Below, one piece after another: positions 1 to 8,670 of a stretch of 32,000 nucleotides of DNA (position 1 is the stretch's first letter; each line of letters starts with the position of its first letter). The notes below the pieces were generated by a model. It was given only the letters and a program-made list of their open reading frames with translations. It made no database searches and was not told the origin of the DNA. Source of the stretch: Ignicoccus hospitalis KIN4/I (GTDB taxonomy: Archaea > Thermoproteota > Thermoprotei_A > Sulfolobales > Ignicoccaceae); assembly GCF_000017945.1 (NCBI RefSeq), contig NC_009776.1, positions 930,001 to 962,000 on the forward strand, written 5' to 3'. A program made the position numbers and the translations under genes.

Positions 1-103
1 ATGCGGCTATGGCCTTCTGCCTCACCACCTCGTTCATGTCGCCCTTTATAACAACGGCGTTCGCGCCGGTCTCCGGATCGTACTTCACCAAGACTAACCT
101 CAT
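1..103 (-). CDS. N-terminal part of an unidentified protein (MRLVLVKYDPETGANAVVIKGDMNEVVRQKAIAA...), truncated by window edge
   Basis: Open minus-strand frame from ATG at 103 to the window edge; plausible composition, no family recognised. Confidence 0.45.
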   Translation of the reverse strand, partial: MRLVLVKYDPETGANAVVIKGDMNEVVRQKAIAA

Positions 104-193
104 GGCCCCTTCCTCGAACGGGCTCGAAGGGAAGGCTTTATGGTTTGAGCGCCCCCGCAACGTCACTTAAATTTAAATGAAGTCGGAATCTCA

Positions 194-883
194 GTGGGGT
201 TCATTTTGCGCGCTCTAAAGGCAGACCTCCACGTGCATACCACCTACAGCGACGGCCTGGACCCGGTCGAGGTAGTCTTGGAGGCCGCACTGGAAAAGGG
301 ACTTGACGTAATAGCCATAACCGATCACAACACTTTTAAGGGCAGCTTGGCGGCCTCCAAGGTTATAAAGGAAAAAGGGTTGGACTTGGTGCTCGTGTAC
401 GGAAACGAGGTGAGGGCAAGCTACTTGGGAAAGTTAATGGACGTGCTCGTCCTCTGCCCGGAGTACCCGGGGGAGGGGTGGCCGAGGGACGCCTTGACCC
501 TTTACGACTGGGCGGAGAAGAGGGGCTGCCTTTACGTCCCGGCCCACCCCTTCGACTCCCGGAGGTACGGCTGCGGGGAGCTGCTCTACGACTTGGAGGT
601 CCACGCGATAGAGGTCTGGAACGCCAGAGCTCCTAGGTCGTTGAACGAAGAAGCCTTGAGGGCCGCGGAGCTCCTCGGCAAGCCCGGGATAGCTAACAGC
701 GACGCCCACGAGGCCGAACAAGTCGCCTTGGCGCACAGCGTCCTAGAGGCCGAGCCCACCCCCGAAGGGGTCTTGGAGGCCATCTTGAAGGGGAGGGTTA
801 GGGTGGTGAAGGGGAGCGTATCTACCATGGGCTACTTGAAGTACGTAAAGAGGAAGCTCTTAAACAAGAGGAGGCGTTACTGA
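194..883 (+). CDS. PHP-domain metal-dependent phosphoesterase
   Basis: DLHVHTTYSDG, AITDHNTFKG, HPFDS and NSDAHE motifs; AT-rich TATA-like box (ttaaatttaaatg) just upstream; a TTG at 206 is an alternative start. Confidence 0.85.
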   Translation: MGFILRALKADLHVHTTYSDGLDPVEVVLEAALEKGLDVIAITDHNTFKGSLAASKVIKEKGLDLVLVYGNEVRASYLGKLMDVLVLCPEYPGEGWPRDALTLYDWAEKRGCLYVPAHPFDSRRYGCGELLYDLEVHAIEVWNARAPRSLNEEALRAAELLGKPGIANSDAHEAEQVALAHSVLEAEPTPEGVLEAILKGRVRVVKGSVSTMGYLKYVKRKLLNKRRRY

Positions 884-2205
884 AGTTCGAACTTCTCCAT
901 CAACTTGTTCAGCATTCCCCTCTTCCTCTTTAGTTGCCTTATCATCTTCCGAGTCATCTGGTAGTGTTTGAGGAGCTCCTCCACGTCCTTAACGCTCGTG
1001 CCGGAGCCTATGGCTATTCTCCTCATCCTGGACCTGTCTATAATGTTAGGCTTCTCGAGCTCCTCCAAGGTCATGGAGTTCAGTATCGCGAGCCACTTGT
1101 CGAGGACCTTGTCGTCCACTTGTCCTAGGACCTTGTCGTTGAGCGCCAACCCCACCCCCGGGAGCATCTGGAGCAGCTTCTTGAGAGACCCCATCTTCTT
1201 AACTGACACTATTTGGTAGTAGAGGTCCTTCAAGGTTATGTCTCCCTTCTCCAGCACCTTCTGGCTTATCTCCTCCAGCTTGTCGGCCTCTTCCAAGCCC
1301 TTGAGCCTCTCCAGCAGCCCCTCCAGGTCGCCCAGCCCCAGTATTCTTGCGACGAACTTCTTGGGCTTGAACGGTTCCAACTCCTCCAGCTTCTCTCCGG
1401 TGCCCACGAACTTTATGGTGGCCCCCGTGACCGCGACCGCGGAGAGCGCGCCCCCGCCCTTCGCCGTTCCGTCCAGCTTCGTTACCACTATGGACCCTAT
1501 AGGCGTGGTCTTGTGGAAGGCCTCCGCCAACGCCTTCGCTTGCTGACCTATGCTGGCGTCTATAACCAACATGACCTCGTCAGGCTTTATTGCCTCGCTC
1601 ATCTCCTTCATCTCCTTGAGGAGTTCCGCCTCGTTCTTGTGCCTCCCCGCGGTGTCAACTATTATTATTTCAGCGCCTTGGGACTTGGCCCACTCCACCC
1701 CCCTCTTCGCTATGCCAACCGCGTCGTCCCCGGGCTCGGTGTAAAACAAAACCTTCGCCCTCTCGGCGAGCTGGCGGAGCTGGTCCTTCGCCCCCGGCCT
1801 GTAGGTGTCTGCGGCCACCAAGGCGACGCGGTAACCCCTGACCTTGTAGAACCTAGCTAGCTTGCCGGCGGTAGTGGTCTTCCCGCTTCCTTGGACGCCG
1901 ACCATCATTATGACCCACGGCACCTTAGGGGGCTTCAGCTCGGGCTCCTTGTCGCCCCCGAACAAGTTGGCCAGCTCTTCGTAGACTATCTTTACGAACC
2001 AGTCCCTCCTGGAGGCGCCCGGGGGAGGCCTCTCCTTGAGGGCCCTCTCCCTTATCCTCTTGGTAAGTTGTAGCACCAGCTTAACGTTGACGTCAGACTT
2101 TATTAGGGTCTTCTGGAGCTCCTTTATAAATAGGTTGACGGAGGTCTCGTAGTCAGCTGACGACCGGAGGAACTTCTTCACCGCCTCCCTAACTCCGTCG
2201 AGCAA
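877..2205 (-). CDS. srp54: Signal recognition particle 54 kDa protein (SRP GTPase)
   Basis: [47 protein letters not shown] and C-terminal M-domain LLQMLPG; full length. Confidence 0.96.
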   Translation of the reverse strand: MLDGVREAVKKFLRSSADYETSVNLFIKELQKTLIKSDVNVKLVLQLTKRIRERALKERPPPGASRRDWFVKIVYEELANLFGGDKEPELKPPKVPWVIMMVGVQGSGKTTTAGKLARFYKVRGYRVALVAADTYRPGAKDQLRQLAERAKVLFYTEPGDDAVGIAKRGVEWAKSQGAEIIIVDTAGRHKNEAELLKEMKEMSEAIKPDEVMLVIDASIGQQAKALAEAFHKTTPIGSIVVTKLDGTAKGGGALSAVAVTGATIKFVGTGEKLEELEPFKPKKFVARILGLGDLEGLLERLKGLEEADKLEEISQKVLEKGDITLKDLYYQIVSVKKMGSLKKLLQMLPGVGLALNDKVLGQVDDKVLDKWLAILNSMTLEELEKPNIIDRSRMRRIAIGSGTSVKDVEELLKHYQMTRKMIRQLKRKRGMLNKLMEKFELQ

Positions 2206-2311
2206 AATTGCTAGCCCCAGAACTTATTGGGCAAGGGGTATTTCAAGTAGGGTCACACCGTTCGAAAGCTTTATATTCGAAAAGGAGCCATGCTCAGAGG
2301 GGAAGAAGGGT

Positions 2312-2494
2312 ATGACGACGACCATAACGCCCGAGGAGCTGTTGCTCATCTGCTCCACCTTGGACTTGCCAGAGTGCGAAATGTTGTACGAGACCTTAAG
2401 GGACCCGGTGGCGTTAAGCTTGCTCGGGGAGGAGGGCCTGAGGGAGCTTTTTGAAAAGGTAAGCGAAAAGCTCAGCCGCCAAAGAGCCTCCTAG
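2312..2494 (+). CDS. Small hypothetical acidic protein (60 aa)
   Basis: ATG start, TATA-like gctttatattc upstream, plausible amino-acid composition. Confidence 0.5.
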   Translation: MTTTITPEELLLICSTLDLPECEMLYETLRDPVALSLLGEEGLRELFEKVSEKLSRQRAS

Positions 2495-3464
2495 CCCTCT
2501 TGACGTCCTTGGCACCTATGGTGAGCATCTGGGAGATGTCCACCACCACCTCCCCGGCCGCTATTACTGCCTCGACCTTCGGGTTGGTGGCTATTATCAC
2601 TTCTTCGGGCTCTCCCTTGCCCGCGGTCCAGCCCGGCGGCTCGGAGACGTCCCACACTACCATGTCCGCGTAGTAGCCGGGCTTGAGTTTGCCCACCTTC
2701 TCCAAGCCTAAGACCTCGGCCGCGTTGACGGTAACCGCCTTGAACGCCTCCAGCGCCCCGGTGCCGGTGTAGTACAAGGTCCTTATCACGTTCATCAAGT
2801 TGGTAGTCTTGGAGCCCAGGAAGCCGTACGTCCTAACCCCTCCCCTCTCCAAGAGGACAACGCCCCTCTCCTTCGCTATCCCTTCGGCCTCCTTCAGCAC
2901 TATGCCCTCCTTCGGGGAGACCAGCGGGAGCCCCAGCTCCCTCGCCAGCTTAACCGCTTCCTCGTCGCCGTTGAGCGCCGCCACCCCGGCGTAGATCCTC
3001 TCCTCGTAGCCCTTCCACTTGTTCAACAACAGCCTCAGCTGGTCCTTCCAGCCGGGGGCAGAGGAGTCCACGAAGATGACCGCCCTTATCCCGGCTTGTA
3101 CCACCGCCCTGACCACGGGCTCTACCTTACTCTCTATTGTACCGACCGTAGTGAACCCGCTCAACAAGAGGTCTTGCAGCGCCATCAAGGCCGCGTAGTA
3201 GAGCTCCTCGTCCGTCTCCGCCTCCTTACCTCCAAAGCGGGAGGGGTGCTTCGTGAGGGAGGTGAGCGGACATATCAAGCCCGGGGTGAGGATCCTCCCC
3301 TTCCCGTTGATGTTGTAGGTGGCGAAGGCGTACTCGTCGGGGGGCTCCCCCTTGCCCACCGCCACTATCTTGCCCTTGTTCGCGTAAACGTAGCCCACGT
3401 AGCTCTTTCCGGGCTCCTCGACCACTACGCCGTCCCTAAAGAGGACGCTGTAGCCCTCTTGCAC
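2472..3464 (-). CDS. Amidohydrolase-fold protein apparently lacking metal-binding residues (pseudoenzyme-like)
   Basis: N-terminal beta-sandwich and ILTPGLI; C-terminal NAAEVLGLEKVGKLKPGYYADMVVWDV typical of the family, but the HxH and later His/Asp ligand positions are replaced. Confidence 0.75.
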   Translation of the reverse strand: MQEGYSVLFRDGVVVEEPGKSYVGYVYANKGKIVAVGKGEPPDEYAFATYNINGKGRILTPGLICPLTSLTKHPSRFGGKEAETDEELYYAALMALQDLLLSGFTTVGTIESKVEPVVRAVVQAGIRAVIFVDSSAPGWKDQLRLLLNKWKGYEERIYAGVAALNGDEEAVKLARELGLPLVSPKEGIVLKEAEGIAKERGVVLLERGGVRTYGFLGSKTTNLMNVIRTLYYTGTGALEAFKAVTVNAAEVLGLEKVGKLKPGYYADMVVWDVSEPPGWTAGKGEPEEVIIATNPKVEAVIAAGEVVVDISQMLTIGAKDVKRARRLFGG

Positions 3465-3494
3465 GCTCCCCTCTCACGAGGGGCGCGGGGGCGG

Positions 3495-4520
3495 TTAAGG
3501 CTTTGGGGCGGCCGACAAGTCCTCCTCGGCCCTCCTGACGAGCTCCTCCAAGAGCTCTTCCAAGCCCTCGCCGGTTTTCAAGGAAAGCTTGAAGGTCCTC
3601 AGCCCCCTGCGGGAAGCCTCCTCTTCCGCCAGCTCGACCTTCCTCTCGTTCGCCACGTCGATCTTGTTCAGCGCCACTACAACTTTCTCCTTACCGACCA
3701 CGTTTATCACGTTGTCCAGCACCTCCGTCTGCTCCTCCACCCCGTACCCCTCCTCGCTTACGTCGTACAAGAATAGCAAAACGTTGGGTAAGTGCCTTAT
3801 AGCTATTACGGCCTTCCTCTCTATCTCATTCAAGGAGTCCCAAGGTCTATCCAATATTCCCGGGGTGTCCACCACTTGGAACCTCCTCCCTCCTCTCTCG
3901 AAGTGACCCAAGTGGACCTGCTTGGTCGTGAAGGGGTAGGAAGCGACTTCCACCTCGGCGGTAGAAACGGCCTTCACGAAGCTCGACTTCCCGGAGGAGG
4001 GCATCCCCGCCACCACAATCCTCGGCTCCTCGAAGTCCACCGAGGGCAAGGAGGCCACCGCGTACTTGAACTCCCTTATGGTGCTAAGGGCCCCCCTCGA
4101 CCTCCTTACCATGCTTAAGGCCCTCCCCACGGCCTCCCTCCTGAACCTCGCCGCCTCCTCCAAGCTCACCGCCGCCCTCACCAGCGCCCGGTAGTCCTCC
4201 CACATCTCCTTGAGCTTCTCCCTAAGCCTCTTCAGACCCGAGGCCGCCGCCCAGTACTTCTGGTAGGGCACCGTCAAGGAGGCCAGCTCCAAGTAGAAGG
4301 GGTGCATGCTTTCCGGCTTGGGGAGCTTGTCTAAGAAGGAGAGCTTGTCTATTATTATTTGGTAAGTCAAGTTCACTCTGTTTATTTCGAGCTCTATTAT
4401 GTGCTTGGGCCTCTTGCTCTTCGGCTTGAGCTCGGGATACCTCTTGAGTACCTTCTTCACTATCTCGTCCGCCGTCGGCACGTGGAGGTGTCTGAAGTAG
4501 TTGGGAGGGTCCTTAAGCAC
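3495..4520 (-). CDS. Nog1-like GTP-binding protein
   Basis: N-terminal Nog1 helical domain; GMPSSGKSSFVKAVS, YPFTTKQVHLGHF, VDTPGILDRP, NKID. Confidence 0.92.
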   Translation of the reverse strand: MLKDPPNYFRHLHVPTADEIVKKVLKRYPELKPKSKRPKHIIELEINRVNLTYQIIIDKLSFLDKLPKPESMHPFYLELASLTVPYQKYWAAASGLKRLREKLKEMWEDYRALVRAAVSLEEAARFRREAVGRALSMVRRSRGALSTIREFKYAVASLPSVDFEEPRIVVAGMPSSGKSSFVKAVSTAEVEVASYPFTTKQVHLGHFERGGRRFQVVDTPGILDRPWDSLNEIERKAVIAIRHLPNVLLFLYDVSEEGYGVEEQTEVLDNVINVVGKEKVVVALNKIDVANERKVELAEEEASRRGLRTFKLSLKTGEGLEELLEELVRRAEEDLSAAPKP

Positions 4521-4557
4521 TTCTACCCCCTCCGCCCTCGCCGAGGGAGGTTAAGAT

Positions 4558-4806
4558 ATGTGGGAGAAGCTCTTCGTCCCGCCCCTGGCGGCCTCGTTGC
4601 TCTCCTACCTCTTGCAGTCCAAGGTGGAGGGGAGGGGGAGGAAGCTCTTGACCTTCTGGGCCTCTTGGGCGGCCGTGGGCTCGGCGGTACACGCGCTCTT
4701 AGGCCTGCCCTTGGCCTTGGAGCCGGCCTACCCGCTCTTGGCGCTCTCCACCGGGGCCTTCATGTACAAGGGGGTGAGAGCAGTTGAAGATAAGGGACCT
4801 CGTTGA
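4558..4806 (+). CDS. Small predicted membrane protein
   Basis: 82 aa with hydrophobic segments (LLTFWASWAAVGSAVHALLGLPLAL; YPLLALSTGAFMY), divergent from Nog1. Confidence 0.55.
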   Translation: MWEKLFVPPLAASLLSYLLQSKVEGRGRKLLTFWASWAAVGSAVHALLGLPLALEPAYPLLALSTGAFMYKGVRAVEDKGPR

Positions 4807-5164
4807 GGAGGTAAAGACCAATTTGGACGCGTTCGAGGAGATGCTTAAGGAGCTCCAGCAGAGGAGGGAAGAGTTAAAGAAAGAGGTAAGGGAGCTGATG
4901 AAGAGGGCTAAGAGGCTAAGGCTCTTGGAGAGGCACTGCTTTAAGGTGGGGAGGAGCTGCTCGGTGGAGGCTTGCTACACCGGCGTGAGGATAAGCAGGG
5001 GGGTGCTCAGCGTTGATGAGGACTTGGTCCTTTACCTAATAGACGGTTGCAAGGTAGACATAGTGGAGCCGGAGGCGGAGGACTTGTACGAGGCGCTCTT
5101 GAGATTGAAGGAGGTCTCTTCGGAGGCAGTTAAGCAGTTATCGGAGCTCTTGGACTCCCTCTAG
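4784..5164 (+). CDS. Hypothetical protein with N-terminal coiled coil
   Basis: 126 aa ORF, heptad-rich N-terminus, overlaps neighbour slightly as in an operon. Confidence 0.65.
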   Translation: MKIRDLVEEVKTNLDAFEEMLKELQQRREELKKEVRELMKRAKRLRLLERHCFKVGRSCSVEACYTGVRISRGVLSVDEDLVLYLIDGCKVDIVEPEAEDLYEALLRLKEVSSEAVKQLSELLDSL

Positions 5165-5173
5165 GGCGCGGTA

Positions 5174-5857
5174 TTGGTCGGGGAGCTCTGGGCGGAGGCG
5201 AAGGAAAGGGCCTACAAGAGGATGAAGAAGGATTTGGAAATCGGTTACTTGGACAAGGACATAGTTGACATATTGGAGGACTTCTTCTCCTTGCCCTACG
5301 CGTTCACGAAGTCGAGCTGTTCCGGGAGGGTGACCGCGGTGGACGCGGACTTCCCGTGGTCCAGGGACGGGACCATAGTGTTCAAGGTTCACAGGCCCAT
5401 CTCCTCTGAAGAGCTCATAAAGATATTGGACAAGCCCACCAGCAAGAGGCTCTGGCTCAACGTGCAGGGGCCCATATTTCACGTAGTCGCTAAGGACTTG
5501 GAATCCGCGTTCAAAGTATTGGAGATGGCTAGGAAGGCGGGCTTCAAGCACAGCGGCATCTTGACGGCCAACGAAGAGGGCTGGCTGGTGGAGCTCACCA
5601 CAGGGGTGAGGGCCAACTTGTTGTTGAAAGTGGGGGACGAGGTGTTGGTTAAGCCTTCGGACTCCTTGTTAAAAGCGGTGAACGAGGTGTTGCTACAAGG
5701 GAAGAGGAGGCTTGAGGCCCTCAGACAAGCGCTCCGCGAGGCTAAGGGAGGCCTTGAGCTTGCTGGCCCAAGCGAGGGAGCACTTCGACTCGAGGGGGTC
5801 GCTGGACAGCGAGGGGAGGACCTTGGTGGCCAAGGCGATAAAACTTCTGAAGTCTGA
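5174..5857 (+). CDS. taw3: tRNA wybutosine-synthesis protein Taw3/TYW3-like methyltransferase
   Basis: TYW3-type FTKSSCSGR followed by the conserved substrate-domain pattern; the last ~35 aa look like a non-coding frame (see findings). Confidence 0.8.
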   Translation: MVGELWAEAKERAYKRMKKDLEIGYLDKDIVDILEDFFSLPYAFTKSSCSGRVTAVDADFPWSRDGTIVFKVHRPISSEELIKILDKPTSKRLWLNVQGPIFHVVAKDLESAFKVLEMARKAGFKHSGILTANEEGWLVELTTGVRANLLLKVGDEVLVKPSDSLLKAVNEVLLQGKRRLEALRQALREAKGGLELAGPSEGALRLEGVAGQRGEDLGGQGDKTSEV

Positions 5858-5963
5858 AGGTTTCAAGGTCAGTTGGAAGAAGGTGAGAAGGTGGGACGAG
5901 GAGAGCTTGGAGAGGCTCTACGCCGCGGCGGAGGGCTTGCTAGAGGAGCACTCGACCCGATAG
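5712..5963 (+). CDS. Hypothetical small helical protein overlapping the taw3 3' end
   Basis: 83 aa, TTG start, amino-acid composition better than the overlapping taw3 tail. Confidence 0.5.
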   Translation: MRPSDKRSARLREALSLLAQAREHFDSRGSLDSEGRTLVAKAIKLLKSEGFKVSWKKVRRWDEESLERLYAAAEGLLEEHSTR

Positions 5964-6316
5964 CGCTCGCCTCGCTGCTGTTGGTAGCGTTGATACTGTT
6001 CTTCGGGTCCAGGGCGTTAGTAGAGGGGGAACGCCCGAGGGCCTTCGGCCCCAACGCCACTTACGTTAGGGCTTGCGTTAACTCCACCGTCGGGGTGAGG
6101 TTCGAGCTCCCCTCGCCGGCCTCCGTGAGCGCCATGGGCGACGGGGACGGGCTGGCGCTGAGCTACCCCAGCTACGCGGAGGAGAGCTTCGTGCTCAAGA
6201 TAAGGGCGCTGGAGCGGGGCAACTACACGGTCACGGTTACGTTAACGGACCTAAGGACCTTAAGTACAAAAAGGTTCGAGCTTAGGGTTGAGGCCGTCAA
6301 GTGCCCCTCTTCTTGA
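5873..6316 (+). CDS. Predicted exported/membrane-anchored protein; true start probably downstream of 5873
   Basis: IALASLLLVALILFFG transmembrane segment followed by beta-rich extracytoplasmic domain ending VEAVKCPSS. Confidence 0.55.
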   Translation: MEEGEKVGRGELGEALRRGGGLARGALDPIALASLLLVALILFFGSRALVEGERPRAFGPNATYVRACVNSTVGVRFELPSPASVSAMGDGDGLALSYPSYAEESFVLKIRALERGNYTVTVTLTDLRTLSTKRFELRVEAVKCPSS

Positions 6317-6974
6317 GCAAGTTCAAGGCCAGCAGTGCTATCACGAAAGCGAGCGTTACGGACTGAGTAAATATGGATACCAACAACAAGTTCTTTATTT
6401 CTTTTAACACTTTGGAGGAAGAGGCCACTCCGACCTCGGGTGCCCCGGTCCCGGCCCCTCCGCCGTTAGCGGGCCCGGTCCAGCCCACGGGGTAGGTCTT
6501 GATCACCTTGGCCCCGTAGTAGTCCCCGAAGGGGGTCGCGTCCCCGTTCGCCGCTAGGGCGGCTACCTTGAACTCTACGGGCTGGGGCTTAGAGGGGGCC
6601 TTCCAAGCGAAGCGCCACTCCCTCTTCATGTGGCCTCGTTCGCTGTGGGTTATGTACACCCCGTCCACGGGGTTGTGGGCAATTATGGTGTTTACCTTAT
6701 CAGTCTGTACGAGCTCGCCCGCACTCGGGTGAACGGCGAAGCCCCCACACCCCGCCATCACCTCCGGGTTGCACGGGTTCACGTCCAGTATCTTCACAGT
6801 TATGTTGTAAATCTTCCCGGGCTCGTAGTACTTGGGGATCCCCTCCACTACCAAGTCCTTCGGAGGGATCGCCTTCGCGTCCACGTGGCACTGGGTGCAG
6901 CTCAAGGTGGGCGCGCCGTTGCTCATCGCGAAGGTCACCACAATTAAGGTCAGCGCGGCCAAGAGAGCCCTCAA
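6297..6974 (-). CDS. Exported protein with a CxxCH haem-c binding motif and C-terminal transmembrane anchor
   Basis: Signal peptide MRALLAALTLIVVTFAMSNG, CTQCH, beta-sandwich region, C-terminal TM followed by LLKKRGT. Confidence 0.8.
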   Translation of the reverse strand: MRALLAALTLIVVTFAMSNGAPTLSCTQCHVDAKAIPPKDLVVEGIPKYYEPGKIYNITVKILDVNPCNPEVMAGCGGFAVHPSAGELVQTDKVNTIIAHNPVDGVYITHSERGHMKREWRFAWKAPSKPQPVEFKVAALAANGDATPFGDYYGAKVIKTYPVGWTGPANGGGAGTGAPEVGVASSSKVLKEIKNLLLVSIFTQSVTLAFVIALLALNLLKKRGT

Positions 6975-6993
6975 GCGTCCCTCCCGGCGAGTA

Positions 6994-7029
6994 CGGCGTA
7001 ACTCACACTAATTAGGTGAGTTACCGCCG
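6994..7029. repeat. Near-perfect inverted repeat / hairpin (cggcgtaactcac ... gtgagttaccgccg)
   Basis: 13/14-nt arms around the 9-nt loop actaattag, located between the stop of top6A and the start of the CxxCH gene. Confidence 0.75.
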
Positions 7030-7032
7030 GGC

Positions 7033-8187
7033 TCACTCGATCCAGTCCTTCGTCTGGATCTTCTGAGGCAAGTAAACTTCGGCGAGGAACTTCAAGCCCT
7101 TAACCGCTAGGGCCTCTATCTCTAGCTTCTTCTTCTCTTTTAAGAACAGCTTGAGCTCGTGCATCCACTTCGGAGAGTTCTTGAACCACTCGTACTTCAT
7201 CATCTCGTAGGCCCTCTTGATGTCTCTGTCCTTAGCAACTATTATAACGTTCTTCCTCTCCTTCGGGCTCAGCCAGTTCTTCTCGAACACGTCGCTCATG
7301 CTGACCCCGAGGAACTTCGCGTTCGGGGTGGCGAGCCTCTCGCTCTCGAAGCTCAGGTTTATGCTGCCTGACCTTATCACGCTGAAGATGTACCACCCGT
7401 AGGGGTCGGCGTCCGTGAGGACGTAAACCGGGAGGCCCAACTCTTCGTTTAACCTCCTTATGAACCTCCTGGTCGCCCTGTCCGGCTGGCCGGAGGTGCT
7501 GATGAGTATGCAGTTGTTCCTCTGCCAGAACTTTATCCTGTGGAGCTGCTGAAAGACCGCGTCCTTCTCTATTACTAGTACATACTCTGCGTTCACGTCT
7601 ATGAAGTCTATCAAGTCCGGGGTGGGCTCTATCGCGTAGGCGCCGTGACCCATCTTGCTCAAGTCTATCACGTCGTCGCCGGACCTTATTCTCATGTCGC
7701 CTACTACCTTGCCCTTCTCCTTACTCAATATTAACATCTCCTCCCTCAACATTCCGGTGTATACCTCTACGTCCACTATCAGCGCGTCGCTCTCCTTCTG
7801 CTCGTCCCAAGTGTTCTCTTCCCTCTTTCTCCCCCTTAGGTCCCTGTAGATTATGGTGTGCTTGCCTCTGTAGTACAAGTCACGTATGGTCGGGTACTCG
7901 TCGTTCAACAAGGCCTCATATATCAAGGAAGCCATGAGGAGGGTGTTAGTGAACTTCTTGGCCTCCCCCTTGTCCAAGAACTTCCTCAGTATTGTCCTCT
8001 CGCCCGGCATCAGCATCTTCTTGTCGCTGTCGTAAACCACGTTCGCCTTGGTTCTGGACAGTATCTCCAGCGCGGGCTCCTCCCCCTTCCTTATTTTATC
8101 TATAAGCACCTTGAACTTCTCGAAGAAGGTGTTTATCGCTCTCTTGCGCGCCATTAAGTCTACTTGGGAAGCCACGGTCCACCCCAC
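7033..8187 (-). CDS. top6A: DNA topoisomerase VI subunit A (Spo11-like)
   Basis: TIRDLYYRGKH catalytic Tyr region; VLIVEKDAVFQQL and LTDADPYGW Toprim motifs. Confidence 0.95.
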   Translation of the reverse strand: MGWTVASQVDLMARKRAINTFFEKFKVLIDKIRKGEEPALEILSRTKANVVYDSDKKMLMPGERTILRKFLDKGEAKKFTNTLLMASLIYEALLNDEYPTIRDLYYRGKHTIIYRDLRGRKREENTWDEQKESDALIVDVEVYTGMLREEMLILSKEKGKVVGDMRIRSGDDVIDLSKMGHGAYAIEPTPDLIDFIDVNAEYVLVIEKDAVFQQLHRIKFWQRNNCILISTSGQPDRATRRFIRRLNEELGLPVYVLTDADPYGWYIFSVIRSGSINLSFESERLATPNAKFLGVSMSDVFEKNWLSPKERKNVIIVAKDRDIKRAYEMMKYEWFKNSPKWMHELKLFLKEKKKLEIEALAVKGLKFLAEVYLPQKIQTKDWIE

Positions 8188-8238
8188 GTCAAATATTTAA
8201 AGAGGTTAATTAAGAGAGGCTGAAGGCCACGTCCTTCT

Positions 8239-8670
8239 CTATATAGAGCTTCTGCCCTCGAGGCGGTTGGAAGGGCTGGCGCGCTCCGCGCGGTCCAGCT
8301 CTATTTGAAGCACCGCGAGCTCGTGCTCCAAGGTGTACTCCTCCGGCAGCCCGCACCTCCTCGGGATCAAGAAGGCCTCCCCCCTAACCGGGGAGCCCGG
8401 GCACCAAGGCTCCCCCGGCTCTGGGCAATCGCCCAAGGACACGCCGGCTACCCTCTTTCCCTTCTTGACGGCCTTGAAGAGCCCCACCAAGCTCTCGGAG
8501 TCCGGGTAGACCCTCCGCGCCGCGGAGCCGTCTATTACGATTACGCTCCCTTCGACGTTCACGTACACTATAGTATCCTTCCTTATGGCGTTCGAGAGGA
8601 AGAGCGCCGAGTTCACCGCCAAGGCGGCCCTCCAAGGGCTTAGGGGCTCGCAGAGTAGGACCTTTCGCAC
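8239..8670 (-). CDS. Divergent TrmY-like (tRNA pseudouridine-54 N1-methyltransferase, SPOUT) protein
   Basis: VNSALFLSNAIRKDTIVYV, DGSAARRVYPDSESLVGLFKAV and C-terminal ELAVLQIELDR resemble the TrmY family. Confidence 0.55.
   Translation of the reverse strand: MRKVLLCEPLSPWRAALAVNSALFLSNAIRKDTIVYVNVEGSVIVIDGSAARRVYPDSESLVGLFKAVKKGKRVAGVSLGDCPEPGEPWCPGSPVRGEAFLIPRRCGLPEEYTLEHELAVLQIELDRAERASPSNRLEGRSSI

Noticed and set aside
1213-1860. 215-aa and similar ORFs opposite srp54, nog1, icd, kor and other genes
   Set aside because: Antisense shadow ORFs typical of GC-rich coding DNA; the sense strands encode clearly recognised families.
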